Assembly (NCBI GenBank): GCA_023334545.1
Contig: JAADVB010000048.1
Coordinates: 1-64,000 of the forward strand
DNA from: Salisapilia sapeloensis CBS 127946
Taxonomy: Eukaryota; Protista; Oomycota
DNA length: 64,000 bases
Direction: 5' to 3'
Under the pieces are notes generated by a model. It saw nothing but the letters and a program-made list of their open reading frames with translations, made no database searches and was not told the origin of the DNA. Made by a program: the position numbers and the translations under genes. Shown in pieces: positions 33,749 to 45,768 of the stretch. Position 1 is the stretch's first letter. The number at the start of each line of letters is the position of its first letter.

Positions 33749-34762
33749 ATGGAAAGACACCAGTGGCAACAACTTGTGGACGCAGCAACAGGCTGGACAC
33801 CTACCGACTATCTTACCTTTCAGGTATACGTCGAAGGTCATCCGGAAACTGTTGGACATATCCTCCCGACTTTTGCCAAGGTTTGTCAACTATAACGAGC
33901 ATGATACCCAACTTTCACTTTACTAAACGATTCTCTGTAGAAACTCAACCAATTCCCACAGCTCTTGGAATGTCGTCCGAACAGCATCGTCTTACGACGC
34001 GAGTTTGACTCGACTGAAACCCGCACCGAAGCCTTTAACCAGATCATGGACACGCTTCGAAAGCAAGGTGAATTCCCTCGTTGGACCAACGAGACGTACG
34101 CCGCGAAACTCGAGTTTGACTCGGCTCCTCTCTTCTACTACGACCGTGGCGTCGCACCTGACTTTGGTCTGAAAATGTACGGCACCAACCTGAATGGCTA
34201 TGTCTGCGACGATACCACTGGTCGGATTACCGGTATCTGGATCGCAAAGCGAAGCATGAGCCGCAGTTCCTGGCCTGGACGACTCGAGCCAATGGTCGGT
34301 GGTGGGTTACCAGCAGACACGGCTCCTCGCGACAGCATGGCACGAGAAGCATATGAAGAAGCTGGACTCAGCCCAGAGTGGGTGAAACCTCGTCTGAGTG
34401 CCTGCGACACGATTACCGCTCTCAAGGATTCAAAGAAGGGGTTAATTAACCAGTCTTCCTTCATCTACGACGTCCAAATGCCACGCGACATGACACCAAA
34501 GCCAGTGGACGGCGAAGTGGAAAGCTTCTATCTGTGCGCACCAGGTGAGCTGATTTCGCTCTTGGCGCAACGTCCAAACCTTTTCCGGCCGGAAACGGCG
34601 CTCGTCCTCGTCGACTTTGCCATGAGACACGGACTCCTGTCCTGCCAGGACTTGGACGACTTCACAGAGTTCCGAGATGCTCTGGAGGAGCCCAAGTCGA
34701 TTGAAGAGCCGCTCGCTATGCAGAGCAGTCCTACCAGCATTCATCAGCCGCTTGGTCTTTAA
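33749..34762 (+). CDS. Nudix hydrolase, DUF4743 type (paralogue 2); 1 intron
   Basis: MERHQWQQLVDAATGWTP in exon 1, then GEFPRWTNE, NLNGYV, IWIAKRS..WPGRLEPMVGGG, REAYEEAGL, YDVQMP, DGEVESF. Confidence 0.88.
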
Positions 34763-34858
34763 TAATTTTGCACCAAGGGTTCCGAGATGAATCAAGTACA
34801 TGAACGTGAGTGAAGATTTTCCATTAAATGTCAATGAGAAACTTTTTAAAGTTAATTG

Positions 34859-36272
34859 TTAGTTCATTACATCCCAACGACTCTTTCTTATCCTAGGTAC
34901 CTCTCGTTGCGACGCAAGGGAAGCATCATGGATGGTGTGCGTCGCAGCTGGCCGATTTATTGACGGTACCTGCTGATAAGTACAAGGTATCGTCAATGGC
35001 AACGACTCATCGACTTGTTCCGCTTTTCCAGACAATTTTCGAAAATTTGTCACAAGCTCCTTGGCTCGACTCAGTCGCATGGCCTTTGCATCCTCCTCAA
35101 ACGTTTCTTTCGTCGGTGATGTTGTAGTGGAGATTTCGCCTTCGGAGTCGCTCTGTATTGACTGTCATACATATCTTTTCTCGATACCACGTTGGATGGA
35201 ATTGTACGTACGTTACTATAGTCGTCAGTAAGAAGTTTTGGCGCTGGATTTACGTGGGGAGTGACTTTTGTCTTCTTCTCTGATGCCGGATGGAGCAGCA
35301 CGTTCGGCGGATCATCTCGTAAGAGACAATAGTACTCGTGTAGCGCACTCGAAGGATCCAGAAATGCAAAAGATGCATTTCCGACCTGACGAACCTACAA
35401 GAGAACATAAAGCCTGGTTAATACCCACTAATCTCTTCCATATATGCTCGCTCGCAGAATGTATTATTTGACTCGTAGCTTTGGCAAGTTCATTATCAGA
35501 GTATTAAAGGTTTTGGGCAAGCATGATTATACATGGCTCGACCAGGAGCCAACATAAACTACTTTTATCCGCTTTCAAGCATTTTAATGATAGATAAGAT
35601 AGAGCTTACGCGTAGCATGACTTCAAGCTGTGGATGGGATCGCACCCTTTGAGCTGTGGACCAAATGACGTCGTGTTCTTTTGCACTAGACGGCTATGAT
35701 AATATAACGTAAAGATGGATTGAAAGCCTTACATATTGAGAAAATACCGGAGTGATGTTGTTGGGAAGTTTCATGAAAGGAATGTACGCTTCGTGCTCAT
35801 CCTGCGAGAGATCTTCATGTACATGCGCATCCTCTGGATACGAATATGCAAAGCGAGTGTCTACATTGGTAGTCTTTTCTTCGACTGGAGGATATTCTGC
35901 CTCATAATCATGATATCGAAGCCAGTGAAGACGAGAAGCGGTTTCCTCATCTACCGCCGAATCGTTTTGGTCAATGAACTGTAGCTTTCGCTTTCGACTT
36001 TTGTACCGTTTGAATGAATGCTCGTCTTGCAATAGGTTACGAGCATCATAACGGTCCAGCCACAGCGGACTAGTACTCTGGACTTGAGATTGAGATTGCC
36101 ACTCAATCAAATGCATCTCTTGATGCAAATTATACGCCGTTGACGGATCTTGCAAAACAGTACAAGCATAGCCACGAACTCCAGACATTAGTGGATGAGT
36201 TTCTGCGACCTTATACTGATGTATCGACTCGAATTGACCATGCGTAAGCTGCGTGGTGTCCTCCATAGGCAT
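34859..36272 (-). CDS. SFSWAP: Suppressor-of-white-apricot-like splicing regulator (DRY_EERY + SURP); 3 introns
   Basis: WLDRYDARNLL (DRY_EERY). The spliced SURP reads HPQLEVMLR|VRQVGNASFAFLDPSSALHEYY, followed by LLTDDYSN|SIQSDSEGE and AMRLSRAKEL. Confidence 0.8.
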
Positions 36273-36446
36273 TGTATTCTAAATCGTCGTCATACGTTGT
36301 CTTGGTGGCTACTTTTCGAATAAGTCGGCTAATAAAGTAAAACAAATGAATAAAATGAGTAATATTGGTACTGATTTACAGACCAACAGAATAGTAGTCA
36401 CGTACTTCTACTAGCACCACGGACAGCTCTTCTCTGCGACTTTACC

Positions 36447-38821
36447 ATGGCTAAATCCACTGACAAGCCCTCTGAAGGCATCTCCACGACTCGCCTCTAT
36501 GTGCAGAACTTGCCGATATACGTTGACACCGCTAGGCTGCGTGAACACTTTGCAGCTCAAGGCGAAGTCACGGACGCTTGTGTCATCCGGACAAAGGACG
36601 GAAAGACATCTCGACGATTCGGCTTCGTCGGCTTTAAAACACCAGAGCAGGCGAGTCATGCTAAGGACTTTTTCCATCGCTCGTTCTTTGATACGTGCCG
36701 ACTCGATGTCAGCTTTGCTAAAGCGCGAGAGTCGAAAGACCTAGGACGTCCATGGAGTAAGCATTCACAATCTAGTACACAGGCATCAGACGCTGCCGCA
36801 CCGTCCGATTTAACAGGAATGGACGTACCAGAAGCGTCTAAGGATGACAAGGAAGGCACTAGTAACAGTAAAGAGTTTCATGAGTTTATGGAGACGATGC
36901 AGGCACGTAGTAAGGCAAAGTTTTGGGCGAACGATGACTCTGGTTTAGCCAAAGACACTGCTCCAGTAAAGGAACAGAAAGACTCGGATGCCGAGTCTGC
37001 AAGTGAAAGTGATGATGAGTACGAAGACTTGGACAAGTCGAAGCAGACTCCTTCGAAGGAGATGAGTGACCTCGATTTCCTCAAGTCCAAGATGAGTAAG
37101 AAAGTAGATAACGAAGAGGAGTCTGCTCCTTCTGATAACGAAGAGCCGAAGGGTACAGCGAAGAGTGAAAAGCAGGTTGAAGAAACACAACCGTCTACTC
37201 GTCTCTTCGTCCGTAACTTGCCCTTCAGTGCCGTCGAGGAGGACCTCACAACTCTTTTCTCCACGTATGGCCCTGTCACGGAAGTGCATATGCCACTGGA
37301 CGACAGTCGGCGTCGTAAAGGCTTTGCTTTCGTCAACTTCGGCTCGACTGTCGATGCTCAGAACGCACTGAACGGACTAGACGGATCGGACTTTCAAGGA
37401 CGCCTGCTCCATGTCATCTACGCTCGAGGTCGTCCGCAGCAGGAAGAGAGTCCAGAGGACGATGAGAATCTTACGTACAAGCAGAAGAAGGAAAAGGAGC
37501 GACAGAAGCAAGCGAACGACCATCGTGGATGGAACGCTTCGTACATTCGAGGCGACGCGACGGTCGGGTCGTTGGCACAGCGCATGGGCGTGGAAAAAGG
37601 TGACATTATGGACCATGAGAAGGGGAACATGGCCGTCAAGTTGGCGATTGGTGAGACGATGCTAGTCAAGGAGAACAAAGACTTTTTCCTCGAGGAAGGA
37701 GTCGATCTGTCGGCAATTGAAGGCGCATTGACGAAGGACAGTCGCAAGGAAAAGCAGAAGATTGATCGTAGCACGACTGTACTACTTGTGAAGAACTTGC
37801 CACATTCGACGGACGAAGAAGAGTTGGCTCAGCTCTTTCGGAAGTTTGGAGAGCTAGGAAGGTTCCTCCTTCCGCCATCCAAGACACTAGCATTAGTCGA
37901 ATACTTGGAACCCTCGGAAGCTCGAAAGGCATTCCGAGCGCTTGCTTACAAAAAGTATCAGCATGTGCCGTTGTACTTGGAGTGGGCACCAACGAAAGTG
38001 TTTACGAAAGCAGCGTCTTCTAGTCGCAAGGGTGTGAAGCAAGTGCAAGACCTGCCGATGGACAAGACGGAAGAGGAGGTCGAGAGTGAAGAAGCTGGCA
38101 ACACGATCTTTGTCAAGAACCTCAACTTTAGCACCAAGGAAGATGGGCTAGAGAAGACATTCAAGGGCGTTGGCAAGGTACGCAAGGTGACGGTGGCGAG
38201 ACGAAAGGATCCGAAGAGAGGCATGCTCAGCATGGGTTTTGCCTTTGTCGAGTTTGCTACCAAGAAAGATGCTGATCGTGCCGTCCAGACGCTTCAGAAG
38301 ACCGTCCTGGATGGTCATGCGCTCGACCTAAGCATCAGTCGGAAGCGTCGACGGGAGGAAGCTGCTACTCCGGGAAGCAGTAAAGAGGCTCAGAACAAGA
38401 TCATCGTTCGAAATGTGGCGTTCGAAGCGACGATCAAGGAGATTCGTGAACTGTTCGGTGCCTTCGGGCAGCTCAAGCGTGTGCGTATGCCCAAGAAGTT
38501 TGACGGCAAGCACCGTGGCTTTGCCTTCGTTGAGTTTTTGACCGAGCAAGAGGCTCAAAACGCCTTCGCGGCGCTAGCTAGTTCCCATCTGTACGGCCGA
38601 CACTTGGTGCTCGAGTGGGCTAAGGCAGAGGACGATTTGGACAGTCTTCGTGCCAAGGCGAGCAAGGACTTGGCTGCAATTGCAGGTACTAACACGTTAT
38701 GTATACGTCAACGATTGTATTTGCTGTTGGCAGCTTAGGAGTATGTGTGCTAAGGATGTGTGTTATAGATTCCGACCGGAAGCGCGCCAAGGTGGATGCA
38801 GAAGACGACGACGAGTTCTAG
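36447..38821 (+). CDS. RBM19: Multiple-RRM ribosome biogenesis factor RBM19/Mrd1; terminal intron
   Basis: Five RRMs, FWAND, AVKLAIGET, AFRALAYKKYQHVPLYLEWAP, HLYGRHLVLEWA. The last exon ends at TAG 38819-38821. Confidence 0.92.
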
Positions 38822-39039
38822 GTTAGATGTAATAGATAGGCAACAAGATGGATATGGAACAAGTGAGATCAAAGTGAGGTATTCAGCAAGGAGGAGGGAG
38901 CAGTCCAACCTTTAGACAGTGGAAAGCCACCCGTCCTCCGAGTCTGATCATCTTACTAACTTAAGGCTAGCTTGGCTAATGAAAGAATTGAAAAAACAAC
39001 TTGAGACTTGTCCATCCGCACACTTGGCACTAGAGCAGC

Positions 39040-41553
39040 TTACATGCGACTGCTGTTCGGACGTGCCACCTGACCTTCGTGCTTGATCAGCTCGAGCTGC
39101 TTGAACGTGTAGCTCAATGGGCTTGGGTGCGAAGTTGAAAACTGAGCCACCGTGTGTCCACTATCCGAACGGAGTTTCCACTTGGTCGTCAGAAGACCTT
39201 CCACACCGACAGGGCCACGTGCGTGGATGCGACCAGTGCTGATGCCGACCTCGGCGCCAAGGCCGAATCGGTATCCGTCGGCGAAACGGTTGCTCGCGTT
39301 GTGGAAGACGCAGGCGCTGTCAATGTTCTGCTGGAACTGCTCCGCAACTTCATCGTTCTCGGTGATAATCACCTCCGTGTGACTGCTGCTGTGTTCATTA
39401 ATGTGGTTGACAGCGGCGTCAACGCCGGAAACGACTTCGACAGTCAGGTCCTTGGTGCCGTATTCCGTCGACATGCCCTCAGCAACGCCTGAAGATTCTG
39501 TTTCTAAACCCGCTTGGATGGCCTTCGGACCGAGGTGGAGCGTAACACCAGCTTCTTCCAGTCTGTTAAGCAAGATCTTGCCCTTGTCTTCCGTGAGGAA
39601 GTCTTCGTCAATGAGCAACGTCTCGAGGGCATTGCATGCCGCAGGGTAGTCTGTCTTGGCATCAATGGCAAGCTCCGCTGCCTTGTTTAGCTCCGCCTCG
39701 TCGTGAATGTACATGTGGCAGACACCTTCGGCGTGGCCGAGCACCGGGATCCTCGTGTTCTTCTTGATAAAGTCGACCATGGAGCCAGAGCCACGCGGGA
39801 TGCAGAGGTCAATGACATCGTCCATGCGCAAAAGATCAGTGATCTCGTCACGAGACTCGACAAGACCGATGATACCCTTGCCAACACGACCCTGTGTTTC
39901 TTCCTCGACAGCCTTCGTGATGAGGTTGTGGAGGAAGGAGTTGCTGTGAAGAGCCTCTTTACCTCCCTTGAGCAACAGTCCGTTGCCACTTCGGAGAGCC
40001 AAGGAAGCGATCTGAGGAAGAGAGTCCGGTCGGCTCTCGAAGATGACGAGGAGAACACCGATGGGTGCAGTCTCTTGGTGGAGCGTAAGACCAGATGCCA
40101 ATTCCGTACGCTTTAGCATTCGGCCGATGGGCTCTTCCTCGTCAGCGATAGTTCGAATACCCTCCGCAAGCGTCTGGAGCTTCGCTTTGCTCAGCTTCAA
40201 TCGAGCGAGCAGACCTTCATCCACACGCTGAACTTCAGCAGCTTGGATGTCACGCTTGTTGGCGCGCAAGATCGCGTTGCTCTCCTTCATGAGATCGTCT
40301 GCAATGCGGTACAAGATTTTGCTTCGCTCCTCGGATGTTAGGCGCTGGAGCTGACGTCCAGCATCCCTTGCAGCATTTGCCATGGCTTCTGGCGACGTAG
40401 AGTCCGTTGTTTGATCTCCGTCGTCTTCGACAAAGAGCGTACCGAGGTTACTTCCATTGATAATAGATGTAATGATGCCGTACTTGAAGCCACTGGCAAT
40501 GACGACTGCACCAACGCCACGGTTGATGGCAGATTGGGCGGACTCGATCTTGGAGCCCATACCTCCTCGGCCGACATTGGACTTTTCACCAATCTCGAAC
40601 TTGGCTTTGTCAGCGTGGAACGTCGAGATGACCTTGGCACCAGGTTGGTTCGGAGGTTTGTTGTAGAGACCTTCTACGTCCGTGAGGAGTAGAAGCAAGT
40701 CGGCATCCACCTCACCAGCGACGAGAGCAGCCAACGAGTCATTGTCCGTAAAGATCGATCCGTCGGCGCCAGCGCTCACGGCGTCGTTTTCGTTGATGAT
40801 CGGGATGGCGTCGAGTTCCAACAAGTTGTTAAGTGTGTCTCGCATGATGCCACGGTTCTTTGCGGTCTTGAAGTCGGACGCTGTCACGAGCACTTGACTA
40901 CAAGCGACGTCGTACAAGGAGAAGAGCGTCTCGTAGAGCGACATGAGGCCAATCTGACCGGCAGCAGCCATGGCACCCTTCTTCTGCTCCAATGAGAGCA
41001 TCTGGTTGTTACCTTGGACGTGCGTCCGGAGCGAGGCCGAAAGCAAGATCTGCTTGCTCAGGCGCTTGCGGCCAATGCCGACAGAGCCACTTGTGACGAG
41101 CGCTACTTCCTTTCCTTGGCGCTTGAGCATACACATCTGCTCGACCATGGAAGCAATGCGTCCTAGCGCCGGTTCTCCGTTGGTGGACACGACGCTCGTG
41201 CCCATTTTCACGACGATGCGGTTAGCATTCTTTAGATCCTGTCGACCGATAGTGCCGTTGGTGAAGCCTTGTGGGGATCCAGCGGCAGGAGCCATGTGCA
41301 TGGCGTTATCTCTGCGATTCCGGGTGATGGTCATTGTGTGTCGATGTAGATGGATGGACTTGGGCGCTTGGAAGCAAATGTGTAAATGGCGCTTCGAGCG
41401 ACCAGGATCGCTATGGAAAGGCGTTGACTGAAAGGGACTCGGTGCATGTGATTCGAGAGGATTTTTCTGAACCGTTGTATAGTGACATGCGTCTGTTGAC
41501 AGAAAAGTATTGCGTATGAGAGGTCTAAACAGCTGCTGGTATGAAAATTTCAT
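39040..41553 (-). CDS. P5CS: Bifunctional delta-1-pyrroline-5-carboxylate synthase (glutamate kinase + glutamyl-phosphate reductase); start at 41553 or 41334
   Basis: IVVKMGTS, VTSGSVG, PIINENDAV, DNDSL, GRGGMGSK, VIFESRP, AACNALE, FADGYRFGLGAEVGIST, HARGPVG. Confidence 0.95.
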   Translation of the reverse strand: MKFSYQQLFRPLIRNTFLSTDACHYTTVQKNPLESHAPSPFQSTPFHSDPGRSKRHLHICFQAPKSIHLHRHTMTITRNRRDNAMHMAPAAGSPQGFTNGTIGRQDLKNANRIVVKMGTSVVSTNGEPALGRIASMVEQMCMLKRQGKEVALVTSGSVGIGRKRLSKQILLSASLRTHVQGNNQMLSLEQKKGAMAAAGQIGLMSLYETLFSLYDVACSQVLVTASDFKTAKNRGIMRDTLNNLLELDAIPIINENDAVSAGADGSIFTDNDSLAALVAGEVDADLLLLLTDVEGLYNKPPNQPGAKVISTFHADKAKFEIGEKSNVGRGGMGSKIESAQSAINRGVGAVVIASGFKYGIITSIINGSNLGTLFVEDDGDQTTDSTSPEAMANAARDAGRQLQRLTSEERSKILYRIADDLMKESNAILRANKRDIQAAEVQRVDEGLLARLKLSKAKLQTLAEGIRTIADEEEPIGRMLKRTELASGLTLHQETAPIGVLLVIFESRPDSLPQIASLALRSGNGLLLKGGKEALHSNSFLHNLITKAVEEETQGRVGKGIIGLVESRDEITDLLRMDDVIDLCIPRGSGSMVDFIKKNTRIPVLGHAEGVCHMYIHDEAELNKAAELAIDAKTDYPAACNALETLLIDEDFLTEDKGKILLNRLEEAGVTLHLGPKAIQAGLETESSGVAEGMSTEYGTKDLTVEVVSGVDAAVNHINEHSSSHTEVIITENDEVAEQFQQNIDSACVFHNASNRFADGYRFGLGAEVGISTGRIHARGPVGVEGLLTTKWKLRSDSGHTVAQFSTSHPSPLSYTFKQLELIKHEGQVARPNSSRM

Positions 41554-42348
41554 TTGGGAGCTGTTTAGGAGCTGTTATTTGAGCGAGTTTGCTCCAGTTT
41601 GATGCACGGGTAGAAATTTCTGTCAAGAGAGCTGATGAAACGATGGAGGTAGAGACTAGTGTCCAAGTAAGTTTGCATGCGAGTCGATGGAGTACTTGCA
41701 TTCACTATATTTAACTTTCATATGGCTGCATCTGAACACGCAAGTTTTCACACCATCATTAGATCGTGGGTTGGTGGCGTGGATAGAATGTCGGGTGCTT
41801 CGAATCTGACAGGTCGCGAAGTCGTGCATAGCCGCTCTGTCCCAAGTCATGTCTTGAAAGATCCCATCGGTTTCGACGGGGCACATCCAATCTTTAGATA
41901 AGTAACTAGTCGTCTAAATTTTGACGCTCTACACTAGGTGCAGTCATCTCGTCTATCAAGCCACCACATACCTCGATGGGAAGAACGGTAGAAAAGCGTC
42001 AAAAGGCGCCTCTTCTACACGCATACCCGTGATGGTATGAAAATTGAGACAAATGCCATGAAGCAGGTTAAGACCTACTCGAGCAAGCGATGCAGCGTGT
42101 CTGAAACAAGTCAAGCACGCCAGCAACTTCAAAAAAGTTCGTCAGATTTATTTGCACCAATCCTGCATCTTGGCGTCTAGTTTATAGCAAATCAGGCGTC
42201 TGAGATACGAAACATACTCTTGTCAAGCGAAATGGCCGCGCGACCTTCCTGCAACATGAACGCAAGAGCGGAAGAAGATTAATTCTGTACCGAGGTACAC
42301 TGCGCTCTCTAGCTTCGCTGCTTTCTCATTGCTCAAAGACAGAAAGCC

Positions 42349-44872
42349 ATGCGACTCTACTCGTCCATGACGATGCAGCGTGCTGCGAGTGGAGATACCA
42401 AGAACGTACAATGTCCTCGAGCTGCGGAAGAAGCAGCTCAGCAGATTCACAAGGCATGCAAGGGTGTTGGCACGGACGAGAAGACGTTGATCAAAGTGCT
42501 AGGTTCCAAGTCGCCTGAAATGCGAGAACTCATTGCTATCCGATATGAACAGCTCTACGAAAAATCTCTACGCGACGTGATGCAGAGTGAGGCATCGGGA
42601 GACTTTGGACGGTTACTGCGACTCATCTCGACGCCATTACCGGAATCCGAAGCACAGATCCTGAAAGACGCTACGGCTGGTCTTGGCACCACAGAGAGCC
42701 TTATCGTGCAGGTAAGACATCCTGTGTTCCGTCCAGAATAGTGCAAATGCTCACATTGGAGTGTAATCAGATACTTGCTGGACGAACAAATGATGAGATC
42801 GACTTGCTCAAAAAGGCGTATTTCAATCTCTACATGAAAGACTTGTCTGTGACGTTAAACTCAGAACTCAGTGGTGACTTTAAAAAGGTCGTCATGGCCC
42901 TCCTACAAGTACGTCTTCCTCCGTCTTCCTCCATCTTCCTTGTATCCTACATTCGTACTGACAAGAGACTCTAGTCACCTCAAGAAGTGTACAACCCCGA
43001 GGTCCACAATGCTGCCAGAGCAGAAGAAGAAGCAGTGAAACTGTATAAAGCAGGACAAGGTCGACTCGGAACGAATGAACCAGTCTTCATCGGTTGTCTC
43101 GTATCTGCGCCACCAGATTTCCTCAAGATGCTCGACTCGGTATACACTGCCAAGTACAAGAACAACATCGCCAAGGCTGTCGACAAGGAGTTTAGTGGAG
43201 ATGCACGCAAAGCCCTGTCGTTCTTTGTTCGTTTGCAATTGAACCCGTATCCGACGTTAGCAGAGTTGTTTGAATCGACCATGAAAGGCTTTGGGACGGA
43301 TGAAACTAGTCTCAGTGCCGCTCTCGTACGCTACCAGTCTCTGCTACCAGAGATCAAGAGATCTTACAAACAGCTTTACGAAAAGGAACTTCGAGATCGG
43401 ATTAACGGAGAGACGAGCGGTGACTACCGAAAGCTCTTGTTGGAAATCTGCGATGCGCCGTTGGATCCTGCAATACAGTATCAAACCGACACATCTTCAC
43501 CTGGTCAAATCTCGGCACAGGGCCATCATGGCAACAGCGGATATCCCCCATCAGCTCCCTCCAACGTTGCTCCGACAGTGTCACCACCTGGTTATGGCCC
43601 TCCAGGCGCAATGCATCCACAGCACTCTCCTCAGGAAAGTTATATCAAGCAGCAGCAGTCGCAGGCAGGGTCTCAGCCGCCTCCAGCAGCTGCGTATGCA
43701 CAACCACAAGCATCGGCTCCACCGTCCACACCATACCATCAGCCTCCGATGAATGCTCCACAGCATCAGAGTCCAAACTACGCATCCCCGCAGCATCCAC
43801 AGGCACCTGTGGGAGCTTTCCCAGGCTATGGAAACCCTCCACAATACCCGCATGGAACGTCTCCTGGACAGCACTTTAACCATAGCCAGTCACCGCAACA
43901 AGGACATCAACCCACTAATCCATATGACCGAATGATGCAAGCTAAGGATCTAGCTCATGGACATGAACAATCGTCACCCGGGTATAACCCGATGACTCAC
44001 TCTCAAGGCCCAGGATATCCTTTACCACAGTCCCAGCCATCGCAGCAAATGCCCAAGCCAACGACGGCTTTTGACCGAGTGATGCAAGCCAATGAATCGT
44101 CTCGAGCCTATGAGCAATCATCGCCGGGGTATAGTCCGATGAGCCATTCGCAAGGTCCAGCGTATCCTTCGCCACAGTCTCAGTCACCCGGATATAACCA
44201 CAGCAATAGTGGCGGATATCCTGGTCAACCACCGCAGCATCAACAGAGCTTCCAGCACCAGCAGAGTATGCATCATCAAGGTCCTCCACATCAGCATAGT
44301 ATGCACCAGGCTCCTCCCCACCAGCACAGCATGCACCATCAAGGTCCGCCGCATCAAGCATCCATGAATTATGCTGCGCCGCCGCAGAATATGCCGGCGC
44401 CGTCTGGCTATCCACCGATGCAATCGCCTCCGCAGTACCAAGCTCCTGGACAGCAGTACTCCCATCCGCCACCGCAGCAAGGTTATCCACCTCAGGCACC
44501 ACAACAACCATATCTACCAACACAGCCTCCAGGGTAGGTAGACGCTTTTGTTATACTTGTGATTCGTACTAATACTGCACAATTTATAGACAATATCCTG
44601 CACCAGGCGGGTATCCTCCGCAGCATCCGCAAGGATCTCCGCCGATGCAGCATCCCCAAAGACCTCCTCCAATGCAGCAGCCGTATGGACAGCCGCAGCA
44701 GTATCCTCCTCCCCCGAATGGACCCGCAGGATATCCTGCACCTCCAAATGGACCACCAGGATATCCTCCTCAAGCTCCAATGCAACCACCACCGTATGGA
44801 GCTCCACCAGGAGCTTATCCATCGCCCCAGAACTATCCGCCACGTGGATATGGCGGCTATCCTGGGATGTAA
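42349..44872 (+). CDS. Annexin (4 repeats) with ~450-aa C-terminal Pro/Gln/Gly/Tyr-rich tail; 3 introns
   Basis: GVGTDE, GLGTTE, GRLGTNE and GFGTDE repeats with SGDF/SGDY. A GG|GTAGGT...ATAG|A junction near 44534-44589 extends the tail to ...YGGYPGM* at 44872. Confidence 0.88.
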
Positions 44873-45129
44873 CAAGTCTGGAAGGGTCGAGAGGATGATG
44901 GACATTTGATTGAAGAGTGGATGGACGAAGAAGATTGGAAGAGATAACAAACAGAACATGACGTTTGATTGGAAAGACTGATGTGACTTGTGATCGAGAA
45001 GAGAATGCTGACAGCAGTCGTTTGTCCTACGACTTTGATTTACGTCGACACAGGTGCGCCTTTTCCTCCGACAAGAGCTCATTTCGCAATTGGAGGCCTC
45101 GACACCAAAGCACTTTCCTCTTCCTGACC

Positions 45130-45684
45130 ATGCCATCGAAGATGCTTCATGCTTCCCTCTTTAGCCTCTGGGTCGTGGCTTTTCATTCGACGAATGCGCA
45201 GTTTCAAAATCCAAGTTTCCAGTGGCCGCAGCAACAAGAGCAACAACAATGGCCAGCGAACAACTTTCGAAATGAACAACAAGTGCCTAGCACGGACAGT
45301 GGCAACAATGTCAATTGGAACTTTCCTGCTGTCGGCACGGATGAGGACAATCTAGGCAACGTTGATCCAGAGCAAACGGTGCGAGATGACGGTACCGAGC
45401 AAGACTTTGCTGATGCGACTCTACCCATGTCCGGATCGGTTGGCTCTATGAGTGACTTGATGAGTGATGACATGAGCGGCAGTGCGAATGATATGGCCAT
45501 GCCGACCGTGACGGTGCTCATCCCGGACGACTTGATGGTCAGTGGCGCTGGATCCGACTTGGTTTCTGTCGATCGAGTGGACAACGAGGATGAAAAGAGT
45601 GCCGGCACGGAGGAAGGCGATGGAGCTGCGGTTATGGGAGCTAGTCTAGTCGTCGTTGGAGCTGTAGTGCTGGTGTTGATGTAG
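45130..45684 (+). CDS. Small secreted, probably GPI-anchored acidic surface protein
   Basis: Signal peptide MPSKMLHASLFSLWVVAFHSTNA and hydrophobic C-terminus GAAVMGASLVVVGAVVLVLM. Confidence 0.75.
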   Translation: MPSKMLHASLFSLWVVAFHSTNAQFQNPSFQWPQQQEQQQWPANNFRNEQQVPSTDSGNNVNWNFPAVGTDEDNLGNVDPEQTVRDDGTEQDFADATLPMSGSVGSMSDLMSDDMSGSANDMAMPTVTVLIPDDLMVSGAGSDLVSVDRVDNEDEKSAGTEEGDGAAVMGASLVVVGAVVLVLM

Positions 45685-45768
45685 TTTGCAAGGTAGAAGA
45701 GAAAGTGTAGCATGAGCGATATAAGAAGCAGTACAAAACACGTTTTCGTTTACTACCAAAGAGTCCAT

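Noticed and set aside
41640-42180. Possible spliced ~90-aa ORF (MEVETSVQ...LHLGV*) between P5CS and annexin
   Set aside because: It needs a hand-picked 190-nt intron and gives no recognisable protein. It is compatible with chance.
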